A DNA stretch of 64,000 bases from Malacoraja senta (Eukaryota). How positions within the stretch are numbered: position 1 is the stretch's first letter; each line of letters begins with the position of its first letter. The notes below the pieces were generated by a model. That model made no database searches. It saw only the letters and a program-made list of their open reading frames with translations, and had not been told where the DNA came from. The stretch is from assembly GCA_038087875.1 (NCBI GenBank), contig CM075988.1, forward strand, positions 14,944,001 through 15,008,000. Direction: 5' to 3'. The translations under genes were made by a program, and so were the position numbers. Positions 1-13,439 of the stretch are shown here, one piece after another.

Positions 1-75
1 GGTATGACTGTATGGCAAATCAAATTCCGTGTATGTTTTTACCTACTTGGCTAATAAATTCATTATAATTACAAT

Positions 76-1024
76 TCCAACACTCCTAGATCCCTCTGCT
101 CTACAACACTCCCAGACCCCTGCATTTCATTGTGCAGGTCCTGTCCTGGTTTGACTTCCAAAAATGCAGCACCTCAAGCTGATCTGTCTTAAACTCCATT
201 AACCATTCCTCAGCTCACCTGCCCAACCAATCAAGATCCTGCTGCAATTTTGGATAACCATCTTCACTTTTTACAATACTACCTATTTAGTACCATCTGA
301 AAAACTATTATTCAAGACTTGTACATTCTCATCCAAATTGTTGATCTAAGCCACAAAGAGCACTGATCCCTGAGGCACACCGCTAGCCACAGGCCTCCAT
401 TCTGAAAAACAACCTTCCACCATCACCAGTCCTGAAGAAGAGTTTTGACCCAAAACGTTGCCTATTTCCTTTGCTCCATAGATGCTGCCTCACGCGCTGA
501 GTTTCTCCAGCATTTTTGTCTACCTTTGATTTTCCAGCATCTGCAGTTCCTTCTTAAACGTTCCACCATCACCATCTGTTTCCTTCCAAGAAGCTAATTC
601 TCTATCCTGTCAGCTAGCTTTCCCTGTATCCCATGCAATCTAACCTTCCAAAGAAGCCTACCATGCAGTACCTTATCAAATGCCTTGTCCATATAAATGT
701 CTATGGCTTTGCCCTCATCAATCTTTTTAGTTAGTTCCTCAAAAAACTAAAATTCATGAGACACGATCTCCGAAGTACAAAACCGTGCTGACTATCCCTA
801 ATCAGCAACTGTCTAAACAAATGCACATATGTCTTATCACACTCTCCAGTAATTTGCCTTCCACATACATTAGGCTCCCGAGTCTGTCATTCCCAGGCTT
901 TTCCTTGCAATCCTTCTTAAATAGAGACATACCATTAGTCACCCTCCGGTCTTCCGGCACCACATCCATATGTAATGATGATTCGTATATCTCAGCTAGG
1001 GCATCTGTAATTTCTCCTCTACCT
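76..1024 (-). mobile_element. CR1 LINE RT fragment
   Basis: Decayed ORF2 (PLFKK...KPGN.R..SL, GVPQGSV-like motifs on the minus strand); interrupted by insert 429-560. Confidence 0.8.
429..560 (+). mobile_element. Penelope-like pLTR fragment with degenerate hammerhead, TSD-flanked
   Basis: 14-bp TSD TTCCACCATCACCA at 415-428 and 561-574, inserted in a CR1 fragment. Confidence 0.75.
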
Positions 1025-1260
1025 AACTTTGTCCCTCCTTCTCTCTGCGACCACTCAATCTCCATAATCCTTCATGGTAACTGCAATCCTCAAATTCTGG
1101 CCTGTTGACCTTGCCCAAATTTAATCATTCCTTCATTCTCACCCATTGCTTTCCTGAACTTTCCCCCCTCTTCTCCTCTCTTCCTTCCTTCCTTCAACAT
1201 GCCTTCAACTGTTTTGGTAATATATTTGGAGATCTGTCTCAATATGTCTTTCTGTCTCTC

Positions 1261-1291
<31 letters not shown>

Positions 1292-1925
1292 AGAAGTACA
1301 ATCATATGGCACCAAAGTGCCTAATATATAATGACTTATATAATATATAATATATAATGGCTTAATACATTTTATGTACAGCTTCTTATTTTTTTTATTA
1401 TGATAAAGAAGAATAAGAAAAAGAAAGTAGATAGTAGGTATTGGTGTATTTTTCCAGAATTTAAGTATTAGTTTTTTTGCTATTATTAAACCATAATTTA
1501 AAAATAAATTTTGAGATGAGTTCAATTTATTCCCATCTTCCATTACTCCAAATATAATCATTTCAGTATTAGGTTCCATTCTTATCTTGAATAATTTTGT
1601 AAATATTTCATAAATATCACTCCAAAATTTATAAAGTTTTATGCAGGAAACGAAAGAGTGTGTTATAGTTGCGTTTTGGGATAGACATTTATCACAAATG
1701 GGGAATATATTTGGATAAAATTTATTCAATCTAGTTTTTGAATAATATAATCTATGTAAAATTTTAAATTGAATTAAATTATGTCTTGCATTAATCGAAC
1801 ATTTGTGTATATAGATCAAATACTTTTCCCATGTAACCTTCGTAATTTTTATCATTAATTCCCGTTCCCACTCTTCTCTAAGTACCTCTGTCGATGGTAG
1901 GTCTATATTTAAAATACTATTATAT
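1261..1925 (-). mobile_element. L1/Tx1-clade LINE 3' fragment (very AT-rich)
   Basis: ORF 1205-1855 contains the zf-RVT-type C-terminus (QFKILHRLY...CDKC...HSFVSC...FW); (AATAAA)n-like tail at 1261-1290. Confidence 0.85.
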
Positions 1926-2704
1926 ATTTCTGTGTCTCATTGCTAAAAAAATGTATTAATAAATCCCCCCATTATTTTATTATGATATCTTGCTATATAA
2001 ATGTAATACGCTATGAGATATTTGCAATCAATTTCAGCTTAGTTTAGTTTATTTTATTTTAGAGATACAGCTCGGAAACATGCCGACCATCAATCCTCAC
2101 ACACTAACGCCATCCTACACACTGGGGACAATTTACATTTATACCAAGCCAATTAGCCTACAAACCTGTTCGTCTTTGGTGTTATTCAAGTAAGTATAAA
2201 ACAGTAAAATAATACTTCCTTGGTAATGTGTTACAGAATCTACATGGTTGTTAAATATTATGACATTTCATGCACGATATTGTTCAATTCTTTTTTCAAA
2301 ACTTAGAAGGAAAATAAAAGTAATTGCCACAAGATGGAGCCTTTGTATTAGATTACTGTTTTGCCGGTAGCAGGTGGGATAAAAGCAGATGTTACATTTA
2401 GTTGGCAATGTAGGAACCAGGGAAAGACCTGCATTATATAGTACATTGGACTAGGAGACATGCCAATTCACTTTATATAATGAAATAGTATTTAAAATGT
2501 TAATTCTGCAAAATAAACTATCCCAACAGGCTAACAAGCAAATAATCATAGTCGCATCATATTTCACGTAAAATTACAATTTTCTTTGAGTTTGTATCTT
2601 AACTAACCATTGTAATCAAAAGGGAGATTCACCTCTGACAATAGACACAAAAAGCTGGAGTAACTCAGCAGGACAGGCAGCATCTCTGGAGAGAAAGAAT
2701 GGGT

Positions 2705-2732
2705 GACGTTTCGGGTCGAGACCCTTCTTCAG
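2705..2732 (-). ncRNA. Minimal type I hammerhead ribozyme motif (Penelope-type), intact core
   Basis: Minus strand CUGAAGA-A-GGGUCUCGACCC-GAAA-CGUC, inside pLTR fragment 2642-2734. Confidence 0.75.
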
Positions 2733-3824
2733 ACGGCCCCTAATCACACAAAAGAGGAGTCTCCATGAGGCTTTCAGGCGCAACATTAAGAGAAATGTTA
2801 CAGATACAAAGGTCTAATTTGCTTCATAAATCGTACAATCTGGGGCAGATTTACAGATGACTGTTCAAAACTAACAGGGTATCAGGCACTGGTTGTACTC
2901 ACTTTGACATGGTTTCCATCGAATTCATTGGAATTATTTTGTCAAGGAGACATTTGCATATGTGTCTGTCCCCCGTAACCAAGAAATGAATTTCTCTCCC
3001 ACCATTCATTCACTTGTTCAGGAATTCATTATCATTTCGTTTCCAGCAATCTTTTATATCTCTACCTGATATTATTTATTAGCTGTCTCTGGACTCCAGC
3101 ATTGCTCAAAAGAAGTTCAATGAGTGATGCGTCCGCAACCCCTAAACCATTCAATTACTTCCACCATGAAGGTCAGATCTGGATTCTGACAAGGAATCTG
3201 ATAGAACAGAAGAGGGAGAGGCTGGAAGACGAGAGTGATTGATTGACTAAATGACAAATCCATCAATGCAAAGACGTGCAAATGGAGAGATCAGGTCCGT
3301 AATAATATGGTCTGCAAGAGTATTGTACAAGGAGAAGCTACACTCTGTATTTGAATAAGTCAATCCTAATTTATATATTTAATTTTATATAAATATCTGA
3401 TTACCTGCAGCACATATTATTGGGAGGCACACAAGTATTCTTGTTACTGAGAACCATGCAATACAGTCAAGGCTGAAGAGACACTAGATAGGAGATAAAT
3501 TAGGAGATAGTGATTACTTGAAATAAAACCTCTGTGCTTCAGATGTGGTTAACACTTGCGAGGCAGAATTTATTATCCATCTTTAGCTGCTCGGAAAAGG
3601 TGGCTGTCTTTCTTTGCTTAATGCCATTTGTTTTTGTAATTGAATGGCTTGCCAGAACAGAACACTTAAGATCACATTAAGAGACAATTGTATAAAGTGG
3701 CAATGGAGTGATGCGTACAAACCACACAAACATCTCTAAGTAACGTTAACAAATTAGCTGGGTTTTAATAACAATCCGGCAGTTTTATAGTTATTTAATT
3801 TTGGTGCTCACACATAAGATTTAT

Positions 3825-4170
3825 AGAACTCGGAATAGATCGGGTGGACGCATAGTGTCTCTTGCCCAGAGTTGGGGAAATCGAGAACCAGAGGGCATAG
3901 GTCTAAGGTGAAGGGGGAAACGTTTAATTGAAATCTGAGGGGTTACCTTTTTCAAGCAAAGGGTGGTGGGTGTATGGGACGAGCTGCCAGAGGAGGTAAT
4001 TGAGGCAGGGGCTATCGCAATGTTTAAGAAGCAATTAGAAAGGTACCTGGATAGGACAGGTTTAGGGATATGGGTCAAATGCAGGCAATTGGGATTTGTG
4101 TAGAAGGGACATGTTGGCCAGTGTGGGCAAGTTGGGTCGAAGTGCCTATTTCCACACTGTACGACTCTAT
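3825..4170 (+). mobile_element. CR1 LINE 3' fragment
   Basis: RTRGH...RVVGVW.ELP end of ORF2 plus 3' UTR ending tgtacgactctatg. Confidence 0.8.
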
Positions 4171-4804
4171 GGCCAAAACTAAATTTTATAAGCCACCCAC
4201 AAAGGGGCAAAAAGTAAAATATTGTAGATGCTGGAAATCCCAATTAAGAAGATAAAATGCTGGAAATGCTCAACAGGTTAGCTGGCATCCGTAAAATAGA
4301 TCAGTGATCTATCGAGAAAACTGTTCTGATGCCTAGCAACAGGAAACATTTCAGTCAATCTCACTTCACTATATCTAACACCACTCTTACTATGGTTTCA
4401 TTACCGATGCAAAGCACGGTAGCATGCAATGCCTTTTGTTTTGCCTAGTGTATATTTTTACAGTTTTTTATTTTCTTATGTAAGCTGGCTAGCAAGACTC
4501 CATGTTAAATATTAGATTGGAATCATTAGGAACATAGATCTAAAGCAAATGTAAAATGACTTCTTAAAAAGTTGGATAAAATATCCACATGTTTCTCTCT
4601 CACTTTGTACAGATCAAAAAAAATCATAGAAATTTCGTGCAGAACAACCATGACAACCAAGAAAGAAGCAATTTACTCACACAGTCCTGAATGACCTTGT
4701 CCAACATTTTACATGTCAAGTTCAAATAGACTGCAAATTGATATCGACAATAATTATCAATAAAAATAGATAATGATGAAACTTGGAGTGGAAACATATC
4801 ATGG

Positions 4805-5055
4805 AAACACCAAGTAGCCAAAAGAACCTGCACTCTGAGAGGGTGGTGAATCTGTGGAATTCTTTGGCACAAAAGGCTGTGGTGGCCAAATCAGTGGATA
4901 TTTTTAAGGCAGAGATAGATAGATTCGTGATTGGTACAGGTGTTAGAGGTTATGGGGAGAAGGCAGTAGAATGGGGTTTGGAGTGAGAGATAGATCAGCC
5001 ATGATTGAATGGCGGAGTAGACTAGATGGGCCGAATGGCCTAATTCTACTCCTAT
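4805..5055 (+). mobile_element. CR1 LINE 3' fragment
   Basis: RVVNLWNSL motif and gggccgaatggcctaattct tail. Confidence 0.8.
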
Positions 5056-5817
5056 CTTTTACGACATCTCAGTGCAGTTCCAGAGATGGTTCAGTGGTGT
5101 TTATCCTAAAAGTACGAGTTAACAAAAATTATTCTGGCTTGGTTCAATCCAGCTTCCACTGAATTGTGCAAAGTGTCCAAATTCACCATTAAATCACATT
5201 ATCAGCATTATTACGGTTGGTATACTCACTGAAAATATGCCTCACACAAAGTATGTGACTTCTTACTTTGCTTCCAAAGCAGATTTTTGGGGAAATATTT
5301 TGTTCAATGCAGAATTGGATACCTGTAATTAAACAGGAATTATATCACCTATGTTAAAGATCATTAACTTAAAAGAAGTGTGACATGGCCCTGCCTCACA
5401 TCATCAACAATGGGGAAATCTTGATAAGTATAAAGGCAAAATGGAATAATAGTTCAAGACAGAGCTTCACTCTGCTATTCTGCTCTAGACTTTAGTTTTC
5501 ACTATATTGAAACAAATGTGATGCATTTTATCCTGTACATGCTCACAGCATGTGCAAAGACATGAGAAGATCACACCATGTCGGTCAATAAAGAAATGTG
5601 TAGGCCAATGCTTCACTAATAGAAACACTGCTTTCTCAAAAATTGACTGCCTCCACTTGATTTGGTGATGTCTTAAAATATACAAATAGTCAGTAAAACC
5701 AGATTGTAGACACAAGGAATTGCTGATGCCGGTTTACAAAATAAGACAAAAGAAGGTTTCAGAGGCTATAGGGAGAGGCAGGAGAATGGGGTTAGGAGGG
5801 AGAGGTAGATCAGCCAT

Positions 5818-6020
5818 CTTCTTCTTGCGTTTGAGGCAGCAGAAGTCTACAGCAAGGTGACGCCATCCGGTTCGACATCCGTAGGTGCCCGCCCTAAAAA
5901 GGGCGTATGCTCCGGGTTGGCGCCAGGCTGCGGTGCTGCTGCTGTCTCTGATTGTTGTCGTTCACCTGACTGAGGTTAGTTAACAGGGCTCACCACGGGG
6001 AGGTCAACAACATGAGCCCC
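5818..6020 (-). mobile_element. Short non-autonomous non-LTR retroelement (Ingi/Vingi- or RTE-like) with 5' HDV-like ribozyme
   Basis: 11-bp TSD AGATCAGCCAT (5807-5817 and 6021-6031) interrupting a CR1 3' UTR. (AAG)n tail on the minus strand; no Pol III boxes seen. Confidence 0.8.
5953..6020 (-). ncRNA. HDV-like (CPEB3/R2-type) ribozyme fold, probably inactivated (C75-equivalent reads U)
   Basis: Minus strand: P1 GGGGCUC/GAGCCCU with G1-U wobble, P2 GUUGUUG/CGACAAC, P3 ACC/GGU, L3 UCCCCGU, P4 CCU/AGG, J4/2 UGAA. Confidence 0.75.
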
Positions 6021-7147
6021 AGATCAGCCATGATTAAATGGCAGAATAGCCTTGATGGACCAAATGGCTTAATTCTGGACCTATCGCTTATTATCTTATG
6101 ATCTAAGACACAAAGTGCTGGATTAACTCAGCGGGTCAAGCAGCATCTCTGAAGAACATGGATAGGCGACGCATCAGGAGTGAAAATTAGGTTTCTAAGT
6201 GCCTCTATAAAGAGACAAATAGACACTTTAATGTAAACGCTCTCCCTGTTGTAACAATTTGTTCATGGCACAAGCTAATTCCAACTCCGACTTTAATCAC
6301 ATTTTGCATTTTGCAGATATAGTTCCCACTTGCTTCATAAAAAGATGCTGATCATTATTCTGTCTGACAGTATGTACACATATGCTACCATATCGTCAGA
6401 ATCACAAGTAATGAATTTGGGGCAATTAAAGCAGGTCTTCTGCTTTACAATCCAGAAACGGAGTTATTTAACTGTAAGTAATATGTGCAATAAAAATCTC
6501 TGTTCACGTTTTATTCAAAAAGGACTAGATTAAGCAAGTGTTTTTTCTGCGATAAATTGACATTGAAAATGATAACTGAGTGTACATTTATCAAAATATG
6601 GCAATTCAGTCCAGCTTCTTGGATTTATTAACTTGTCATAATGCATAGAACTTGCAGATTCCCCTGAAAATATATTGTTTCATGTGAGTGGTTTCCATAA
6701 CTTCTTGCAAACATAATGGATATAGATTAAAAGTCACTTTGCTCATTGTTTGAGAAAGCCTAGTTTAATTACACTAATTACGAAATATTCAACTTACTGA
6801 ATTCTATTTCAGCATCAAAATTTAGCCTTTGTGAACAATACATAGTAGATGGCGATACATGAGTATCCCAAAACTGCCCCACCATTTTTACGGCACAAAT
6901 CAGAAATGTGGTGGAGCACTACCACTTGCCTAAGTGTAACTTGATACAATGCAGACCCATGTGATTAGCACAGGATACACCACCCTACACATTCAGTCTC
7001 TCCAGCACCCGCATACTGTCATGTGCACCCATGAATTTACAAAGGTTAATTCAACAGCCAAACCTTTGAAACCTCCCACCTGGAAAGACAAGGGCAGGAA
7101 TACCAGCACCATAACTTATGCAAGCCAAGCATGACCATCCAATACGT

Positions 7148-7175
7148 CTGACGAAGGGTCTCGACCCGAAACATC
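7148..7175 (+). ncRNA. Minimal hammerhead motif, near intact (stem III palindrome lost)
   Basis: CUGACGA-A-GGGUCUCGACCC-GAAA-CAUC, followed by a pLTR fragment to about 7250. Confidence 0.6.
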
Positions 7176-10100
7176 ACCCATTCCTTCTCTCCAGAGATGC
7201 TGACCCGCTGAGTAACTCCAGCATTTTGTGTCTAACTTTGGTGTCTATCTTCCAACATAATACTTCCTTTATCACTGCTGGAATCAAACCCTGAAATTCC
7301 ATGACCATCAGTACCTTCACTAGATGTAGTAGTTTAAGGGGGTTTAACACAATCTTCACACGAGTACATAGAAATGAAGCAATGAAGAACCCCTTGCCAG
7401 TAATAGCCTCACCCTGTAATGAAATATAAATAAGCAAAATGTGGAGGAATATAAATAATTGTTTGGCATATAAAATTACCATTTGACATATAAGATCAAG
7501 GATTGGATTTGAGCAATTCAAGATGAGATAATCGCCAATTTAATCACCTCAGTCACAATTTATTGTGATAAATGCTTTGATCAACTGTTATCAGGCTAGT
7601 TATTAGATGAGTTTTATTGGAGAGTTAGATGTTTCCAAGAAATATCCAAAAATTGATTTGTGGAGTATTTTATTGTGTCATAATTACTTAACATGGTTCA
7701 GAAGATGACACCCTGAGAAACACATTTTTAAACTGTGACTCATTTTATGTTACACATTTATTTAAGAGGTATTATTCAAATTCATTGCATGAAACAGCAG
7801 TAACAAATTCTCCAGAGGGAAAAATACAATGCATTTCTCTGTGCGGATATTACTCTTTATGACCCTTCAATATTAAATATTATTTAAAGGAAACAAATAA
7901 AGAAATGCTATACATCTAACATACAATTTAGCATAATTAACATGTTCATTCATCTCTCGGCATTTTCACTCAGTTGATCAACTAACTTAAATGTTGTTTC
8001 ATCAAAAGTCTAGGTTTTTTTCATCTCAGCTATCCGTGTTTTATGCTTTGGAGATGTTATATTAGGAACAATATAATTTCTAGTAAAGTTTCAGTAAAAA
8101 GCAAAACTCACAAGCAAAAAAATGGGCCTCTTGTCAACCCCTCACGATTACCAGCACCCCCCAGCATCTTCATTCCCCATTTGTCAATCCTTTCTAATTA
8201 CCACCAATTGGAAAAGATCCGTGTTGTATCCATCATTACCTCAGGGGCTGAGATGATTGCGATGATGGTAAGCTACAGATCAGCTGACAGAGTTCAAAGG
8301 TCAACTGCATCACCATTCAAGACTTCACACTGACCAAATGGGCAAACTACATTAATTTTATGTAACTTTGCAAAATGCAAAACTATCTTTGCAAGTGTAG
8401 GAGTCCAGATTTGAAATTTTAGCTTTGGCTGCAGGTATCTGCAAGGAAGATAATTTACAGGGGAACTACGGTTGAAAGAAGGACATCTTAAAGCCACTAG
8501 TGTGGAAAGTTTCATCATCAGAATAGATGTGGCAGAGATGAAGTAACTGGGTATAATCGGGATAATTGTGGGAAATCGGTTTAGAGTGGAAAATGGTCCC
8601 TGAGATGGAAACAGAGTTGTCAGGAAAAATGAAGAATCACATAGAGAGCACGTGTGAGTGGGAGCAGACCAGAAATTGGCAATAAACCTAATGACATATT
8701 CAAGATTCCTTTGAGGAATCAGCACAAATACAATCATCAAAATAACAAAATCAAACATACAAGGACTGTAGGATGTATCCATCAAAAAGATACATTTAGA
8801 TGAGTCATGAAAGTTCCCAAGCGACAATTTTGATGTAGAAAGTGTTCACCTCCAGTCAATTATCCCAACAATGATCCCTGTGGAAACAATGAACTGCAGG
8901 TGCTGGTTAACAAAAAAATATATCAAGTGCTGCAGTAACTCAGCGGGTCAGGTAGTATCTCTGGAGAACATTGATAGGTGATGTTTCAGGCAGGGACCCT
9001 TCTTCAGACTTGTACCCCTTCTTCAGATCCCTGTAAACTCTGCTTCCCATCTTTGCCAGTCAAATGAATGAATTAATCTTTTCTGTCGTGATTTATAGTT
9101 ATCGTGCATCCATTTTACTGCCTGTCCCTTTATTATATAGTTTCCACCATTAACCATATTTAATATATTATACTTAATTGAAGCCCTTTTCAAAATCAAA
9201 TTATAGGATGTCTATAGCATTACCCTTATTTGCTTTTTCTGTTCTTCTAAGAGTTCAGTATGGTTAGTTAAGCATGGCACCCTATTTTGAAATCCACACT
9301 GATTATTATGTTTTCACTTTTTTGATACATACCAACACCTTTTTGAATAAGAATCCATTATGTTCCACATCATTGACATTAAACTAATTTGCCTATCATT
9401 CGCTGGGATTGTTCTATCTCACTTTTTAAATGCGTGGTTAGCATCAGCCGTCTGTCACAGTTCTATTTCGCCACCAGTTTTAATATACATGTAACAATAC
9501 TTCTGCCTTCCCAAAAAATTTTTTTTTCAGCATCAAGACCAGTATCTTTTACCCATTTGTAATTGATCTTGTGAAGGTGGGAGTGACTTCCTGAACGACT
9601 GTAGTGCTTCAGGCAAAGATATTCTCACAATAGAATTGGAAAGGGAGTTCCAGCTTGTCAATTTAGACACCAGTCCCCATATGTTTTTGAGATGGAATTG
9701 GTCGAATCCATGTTCAGTGGTCTATGAAGAATACTCCATCTGGTTTTATTCCTTGAAGGACACAAAGTGCTGGAGTAACTCATAGAGTCATAGAGTGATA
9801 CAGTGTGGAAACTGGCCCCTCTGCCCAACGTGCCCACACCGGTCAACATGTCCCGGCTACACTACAGAACCCTTCATCAGGAACATGTGCAGATCACAAA
9901 CATGTGCCACAGTCTAACATCCATGGTTTATTATTATGCATATAGGCAACTTCGTTAGTTTTCTTCTTACTCGGATAAACATACTTGAGATCATAACAAG
10001 AAAGATTATGACCTTAAGGCAAACTTACTTGAAAATTAAATGGGTTTCTATACATGGCCTGATCTTTTAAAGGAATTTCTCGAATGACAAATTTGATTTA

Positions 10101-10959
10101 ACACATTTCTCCAATTTCCAACATTTGACAATGAAGGCAGCCAACACCACATGACTCTACACCTGGTATCATTCCTTCTCTGTTTTAACATGGTTGGTTG
10201 TGGTACAACTGCATGGCTTGCTTTCAAAGGCCATTTAAGAGTCAACTACAATAGTGATAGGCCAGACTGGATGAGTTGACCAGATTGCCTCTCCTGAAGG
10301 ACATCAATAAATCACATGGGTTTTCACAACAATCTGATAGATTTGTGGTCATCGTTACTAATGACCAGCTTTTATTTTAGTTCCAAATTATTAACAGGAT
10401 TTTTATTCCATAGCTGCCATGGTAAGGTTTGTACACTGGTCTCTGAATTGTTACAACAACCCCCTGAATGATCAGTCCCTACTTTCTCATCGATATTTCA
10501 AGTTATTCTGTGCCTTTACCTGGCTCAATACACCCCCCATCAGAGTACTCCTCCAGCCCTACAATACTTCAGGGTCTGTAAAAGCGTTCCGGCCTGAAAC
10601 ATCACCTGTTCCTTTTCTCCAGAGATGCTGCCTGACCCGCTGAGTTGCTCCAGCGCTTTGTGCCATACTTCAAAGGACTTGCATCCCTCTAGTTCTGGTG
10701 TCTGATACCTCATGATGTTAACGTGTACATGAGTTCTTGATGATTAGCGTGGACTTTGTGACCCGAAGACCTGTTTCTATGCTGTACGACTCGATGGCAA
10801 TTCTGTTGCTGCTGCAGATGGCACACGGTGCCTTAAGGATGTCCAGTAATGAGTGACCAGCAGAGTTTTGATTCTATCCCATTTAGCCCGATTACAGCAT
10901 TCTGCGACATGATGGAAGATGTACAGTCTCTGCATGGCCATTTCTACTTTTTATTTATT

Positions 10960-11590
10960 TATTGTCATCATCTTAGATTTAGACATAATAGTTAATTCAG
11001 ATCTAGATTAAATTTTGATTTAGCAAGTAATTAGATTTGTTTCTTATTTACCTAATTTCATTATTTAATTCTCCCATTTATTATTTATATATCCCAGATT
11101 TTATTATAATGACATTTGCATCATTTTAACATTAGTATCCACTATCTAATTAATCAATTAATCATATCCAGGGGTATGAATCACATTTTTGACTTAGTTA
11201 AAAGTTATTTAATAAATCAAACTCTTTTCCTGAAAAAAGTTTAATTACCCTGACCCCAACTTGTTTTTGATTAAATTCAATACAACATTTCAGGGATGGT
11301 CAAGATTATAAATTAGATTTCCTTACTTATTTTTTCTTTTTCTTCCTTTTTTTTCCTTTTATTCTCTTTTTCCTATTTTCTACTCTTTAACTTTCCTCTT
11401 TCACTCTCTATTTTTCTTCTCCACACACTATATATCTCACATTTTTCTATATTTCATCATCTAATTTCTTTTTATTTTCTTCTTTATTATAATAAAAAAA
11501 TAAGAAGCTGTACATAAAATGTATTATGAAAATATGATTGTATACAATTGTACTTACTTCTAATAAAATAAAAATATTTTTAAAAAAAAC
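10960..11590 (+). mobile_element. Second copy of the AT-rich L1/Tx1 3' end
   Basis: 11495-11575 (aataagaagctgtacataaaatgtatta...tacttctaataaaataaaaata) matches the reverse complement of 1275-1395; the left boundary is uncertain. Confidence 0.6.
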
Positions 11591-12597
11591 AACATTTTAT
11601 TCTCGTTGATATCCAAATTTACTGTGGCCTTGGACAGTCCTTTTGCCTTCTATTTATATCCCTTCATCGGTTTAAGTTCCAGACTTGCTCAATTATATGC
11701 AGCACAGATGTACTTGTTTATATACACAACACCTGAGTGTTAACCTCAGTGCTCAAGTAATCCCAGATTCCGTATTCCTTTCTCGATCCTTTGCTCCAAC
11801 TGCACTAAGAGTTTAGATCACAACTACAATGGCCGAGATTGTTACAATTCTGTTTTGTTTGTGTAAAATGAATGGTATCTCCAGGACTGCAGTTCTTGTT
11901 GTACAACTTGACTGAGCATCCACGGTCTCTTAATGACACTCCAGGGCCCATGATGGGCAAAAACAATGTAGGACTGAAATTACATTGCATTAGACCTCAG
12001 GCTCAGATGACAACAGAGTGATGTTAATCAGAGATGAATTTTAATGAAAGACTAATATTAATTAAGCATAATTAACACTGTCATTTGGCAACCTGCAGAG
12101 CAATACCCAGAAGAGCGGCTGGCCAAGCTACCTTCTCTGCTTTTTTATACATTAGTGATTTGTGTAAAATGTGACTTCTTGTGTACAGATGCTGATTTAA
12201 GCAATTTACAGCATACAGCTGACCCAAACCTCAACCGCTCCTGAGTAATAAGAAGTGCACGGATTGTTATGTGATGAGCATGGAGAGTCAGCAGCCTTGC
12301 TTTGATCACTAACCTGCTGGACCCTACACACCCTGATGCCAACTCTCCTAGCCTTGCGCATGCTTCTTCAATCCCAGTCGCCCTTATTCCCAGTTTACCT
12401 TCCCCACATCCTGCAACAGCAGTGATATCTCAAATAGACCCTGTAAATGCCAAAGCAACCTCCCTGGAACCCATGTACAGCACTTGCAAAGTCACCTGCA
12501 CGCCCTCCTAACCACCCATGTATACCCCTTGGAACATAGAACAATACAGCACAAGAACAGGCCCTTCGACCCTCAATTGTGGTGAACATAATGCCAA

Positions 12598-12925
12598 GGG
12601 GCGGCACTATGGCACAGTGGTAGGGTTGCAGCCTTACATCGCCAGATACCCAGGTTCAATCCTGACTATGGGTGCTGTCTGTACAGTTTTATGTTCTCAC
12701 TGTGACCGCATCGATTTTCTCCGGGAGCTCCAGTTTCCTTCCACATTCCCAAAACGTACAAGTTTGTAGGATAATCTGCTTTGATAAGAATTGTAAATTG
12801 TCCCTAGTGTGTAGGATAGTGTTTGTGCATGGGGTGATCGCTGGTCAGCATGGACTCGGTGGGCCGAAGGGCCTGTTTCTACGCTGTATATCTAAAACTA
12901 AACTAAACTATACCAAATTAAACTA
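12598..12925 (+). mobile_element. tRNA-derived SINE (HE1-like, CR1-tailed)
   Basis: A box tggcacagtggt, B box ggttcaatcc, gggccgaagggcctgtttc tail and (AACTA)n. Confidence 0.85.
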
Positions 12926-13260
12926 ACTTCTGCCTACACATGATCCAGATCGCTCAATTCCTCATATATCCATGTGCCCATATAAAAGCCTCTTAAACGC
13001 CACTCTCCTATCTGTCTCCACCACCACCACCCCTGGCAATGCATTCCAGGCACCCACCACTCTCTGTGTAAAAAAATCGTAAGGCACATCTCCTTGAAAC
13101 TTTGCCCCTCTCACCTTAAAGCTATGGCCTCTAGTCTTTGATGTTTCCACTGGGGAAAAGGTTCTGACTGCCTACACCTCTCATCATTTTATGTCCTTCC
13201 ATCAGGTGAATTCCCGCAACCTCCAGCCTTCCAGAGAAAACAAACCAAATCTTCTTAGAC
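12925..13260 (-). mobile_element. CR1 LINE 3' fragment
   Basis: KTRGHSFKVRG...FFTQRVVGAWNALP; the tail continues at about 12530-12595 past the SINE insertion. Confidence 0.8.
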
Positions 13261-13439
13261 TTTCACATGGAAAATCTTTCCACCTGTTTGGACAGACCTT
13301 GTGTACGTTTCCCAGCCAGCCTCCTTGCACTCCCACACCTGTTAATCCTGATTCAAACTCGGTTGGACCCTGTGTACCTCCAGCACCCCCCCCCCCCCCT
13401 CCTTCACCAGCCTGCATTCTCCCCCCACCCACATTCCCC

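Noticed and set aside
5860..5925. 2A-like (DxExNPGP) peptide in the ribozyme-headed element
   Set aside because: DVEP and NP occur separately and not as the canonical motif.
12598..12680. tRNA genes at Pol III A/B boxes
   Set aside because: These are SINE heads continuing into SINE body and tail, with no cloverleaf.
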